In this document: positions 61,813 to 64,000 of the stretch, in pieces
Layout: every line of letters starts with the position of its first letter
How positions within the stretch are numbered: the stretch's first letter is position 1
Origin: Thermofilaceae archaeon
GTDB taxonomy: Archaea > Thermoproteota > Thermoprotei > Thermofilales > Thermofilaceae
Assembly: GCA_038861545.1 (NCBI GenBank)
Contig: JAWCCZ010000001.1
Span: 256,001 to 320,000 of the forward strand
Direction: 5' to 3'
DNA length: 64,000 nt
Notes under the pieces: generated by a model
Seen by the model: only the letters and a program-made list of their open reading frames with translations
Database searches by the model: none
Told to the model about the DNA's origin: nothing
Position numbers and translations under genes: made by a program

Positions 61813-62242
61813 GTGAGCGAAGAGGAGAGTTAGCAGAGTTTGCTTCACTTCCTGCGACTCGCTGTTGCTGCCTAACATTCTCAGGAACTTTGCTGGGAAA
61901 GTATATGCTTACTTACTCATCCAACCAGTAATCTCGCCAAGCTGTGATGTAACTCATGTAGCGCTCGCACTGGGTTCCCGCATCTATTGGCATAGGCACC
62001 CAACCCCTCAACGGCTCGTGGTTACAAGTGGTCAAGGGTGGTATCAGAAAAAGGGCTAGGAGCCTAAAGAGATGTACCCCGATGGCGCGGTCATAATCCC
62101 ACCCAACACAAAGCATTGGCACGGCGCGATAAGGGATAAGTGGCTTTAGTTGCTTTTCAATTCTACCGTATGTGGATAGGGTACTATCCCCGCCGAATGG
62201 TTCAAGCCTGTTCCAGAAGAATACTACGGTAAGCTTCCTTAA
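61813..62242 (+). pseudogene. Cupin-domain pseudogene
   Basis: WHRHPTPQRLVVTSGQGWYQ, then stop; shifted AVIIPPNTKHWHGA; ends EWFKPVPEEYYGKLP*. Confidence 0.8.
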
Positions 62243-62326
62243 CTGAGACTTAAGGGCAACTTAATTTGTCAGTAGCACAAGACGTTACAAATCAACGTAA
62301 ATAGTTAGGTCCAACTTAAACAGTCC

Positions 62327-63184
62327 ATGCCTAGATTGAAAGCTTGGGAAGGTTACAACCTGCATTCGACCCTAGCCCCCTCCTTCGTTAGGGCTTTATT
62401 CGAAAGAAAGGGTGATAGCTACGTAAAAATCGCTGGTCGAAGTAAAGGCGCGGTCATGTACCAAGAAGGAAGGTACGTAGTCGGTAAAATGTGTAGCGTG
62501 GAGGAGCTTAACTATTGGAGTGGGTTATGGTTAAGCCGGCAGTTAGTCGAGGAAAAAGCCCCCCTGTTGGCAGACATGCATAGAGATCTCGGGCTCTCTA
62601 TTAGCCCGTACGATAAGCATCTGATTTTCATCGCAGTATTCCTCAGCAGAGCTACTTCTTGGGAGATAAACGTGCTTAGATGGTGCAGAGCTATATTCGC
62701 GAGAACTGATAATCCGGAGGAGCTTCTCCAGCTAGACTTCAGTCAGCTTGGCAAAAGTTTCCAGTTGCGTCAGCTCCATGAAGCGTTAAATGAATATGCC
62801 ACCGTAGCATGTATAAGCGATGCAGGAGAGCTAAGGGCGAGGCTTCTTGGAATCAAGTATGTAGGGCCAAAGCTCGCCGACGCTTACCTACTTTTCTCTG
62901 GTATTGATACAAGTGCCGCACCAGTGGATCGTCACGTCCTAAGAATGGCGGCAAGACTCGGGCTCTCAAGTGTGCCACCAAAGAAGGAGTTATGCACCCG
63001 CTGCTCCTGTACTAAGTGTCCAGTTTCGGGGAGCTGTCTCAGGTTTCAGTTAACCAAGCTATATGGCTCTGCAGCTGGATGGGTTCAAACAGCTTTCTAC
63101 GTGCATGATACAATGTTCTGCGCAAGGAAGGCTTGTGGTCCATGTATCCTATTTAAAGTCTGTAAGTATACCTCGCTTAGATAA
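62327..63184 (+). CDS. HhH-GPD family DNA glycosylase/AP lyase-like protein
   Basis: LLGIKYVGPKLAD HhH motif; PVDRH catalytic Asp; two Cys clusters. Confidence 0.85.
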   Translation: MPRLKAWEGYNLHSTLAPSFVRALFERKGDSYVKIAGRSKGAVMYQEGRYVVGKMCSVEELNYWSGLWLSRQLVEEKAPLLADMHRDLGLSISPYDKHLIFIAVFLSRATSWEINVLRWCRAIFARTDNPEELLQLDFSQLGKSFQLRQLHEALNEYATVACISDAGELRARLLGIKYVGPKLADAYLLFSGIDTSAAPVDRHVLRMAARLGLSSVPPKKELCTRCSCTKCPVSGSCLRFQLTKLYGSAAGWVQTAFYVHDTMFCARKACGPCILFKVCKYTSLR

Positions 63185-63185
63185 T

Positions 63186-63240
63186 GGGTGATTAACTACG
63201 AGCGCTCTGATCTAATGCGGGTTCCCTTACACCCGGCAAC
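63186..63240 (+). ncRNA. Possible C/D box sRNA (degenerate second half)
   Basis: GTGATTA, 12-nt ACTACGAGCGCT, CTGA, then GTTCCCTTACAC with only CCGG as a D-like box. Confidence 0.35.
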
Positions 63241-63487
63241 TACCCCCAGTTTCTTATCGCAAGCCGTAGGCTATGTGCTTTTAGTTAGGGGGTCATATCA
63301 GCAACATCAAGTCGTTTAACTCTATCAGTGGATTCCCCCTATAGTTTAGCGTTGAGCTACACGATACAACGGGCTCGCATAGAATTCCTACTCGCCAGTT
63401 CATAGCTTTCACTCTAACAGGAAATTGAGTAGCCAGAGTTTAGGAAAAGAGGAGGTTTATCTAGTATCGAATTCATTTTCCATACCT

Positions 63488-64000
63488 ATGTGCCCAACTG
63501 GGCATGTAGAGCAAAGCGGGGAAGGTTACGATCCTGTAGAGCTTGTAGAAGGTTTGAGGAGGGTGGTATGTCACGGCCTTAAAAGGAAGTACTATAGGTT
63601 CCGCGGCGGCCGATGGTACGGCGGTATTGCTACAGCCGACTGTATAGGCTGTAATCTTCGCTGCGTGTTCTGCTGGGGTTGGTCTGCCCGAGACGCTCCT
63701 GGGGAAGTGGGTAGGTTCTACAGTCCCAAAGAAGTTTTCGAGAACCTTAAACGCATAGCTGAGCGCAGAGGCTATAGCAGAGTGAGGATCAGCGGTAATG
63801 AGCCTACGCTATACTGGGAACACTTACTGAAGGTTATCGAGTTAATCGATGAGGCTAAACTGATGTTTATCCTGGAGACTAATGGGATTCTAATAGGCGG
63901 TAACAAAAGCTACGCAAGGGATCTCTCCGAGTTTTCTAGCGTCCACGTAAGAGTATCGATAAAGGGAACCAGTTCGGAGGAGTTTCACCTCCTTACTGGA
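63488..64000 (+). CDS. Radical SAM protein, 3' end outside window (absent from ORF track)
   Basis: RKYYRFRGGRWYGGIATADCIGCNLRCVFCW with CxxxCxxC, RISGNEP, LETNG. Confidence 0.92.
   Translation, partial: MCPTGHVEQSGEGYDPVELVEGLRRVVCHGLKRKYYRFRGGRWYGGIATADCIGCNLRCVFCWGWSARDAPGEVGRFYSPKEVFENLKRIAERRGYSRVRISGNEPTLYWEHLLKVIELIDEAKLMFILETNGILIGGNKSYARDLSEFSSVHVRVSIKGTSSEEFHLLTG

Overview
Archaeal chromosomal window. Gene content, the crenarchaeal-type arginine decarboxylase and a tRNA intron at 45/46 suggest Thermoproteales, probably Thermofilaceae (inference). It contains about 54 protein genes, dominated by carbohydrate catabolism (GH53, GH2, GH3, two membrane-anchored clan GH-A hydrolases, ThuA, SGNH esterase, FucK-like kinase, DhnA aldolase, a 714-aa transaldolase-like protein). 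Also present are an amino-acid fermentation cluster (aminotransferase, porGDAB, ADP-forming acyl-CoA synthetase), dtxR-feoAB, three DUF362 paralogues, an intron-containing tRNA-Ala(GGC), one good and one weak C/D-box sRNA candidate, and several pseudogenes. No CRISPR array, rRNA or intact mobile element was seen. Most notable observations: (1) a GH53 galactanase that appears circularly permuted; (2) an FtsX/MacB-type permease ending in a CARF/Csa3-like domain; (3) a glycosylasparaginase / deacetylase / ATP-grasp-HAD operon beside UppP and a stalk-like surface protein, a candidate glycan aminoacylation system; (4) an AT-rich island with a secreted Cys-rich orphan; (5) a transaldolase-like protein with non-canonical catalytic residues. 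All family assignments come from motif recognition by eye; no searches were run.
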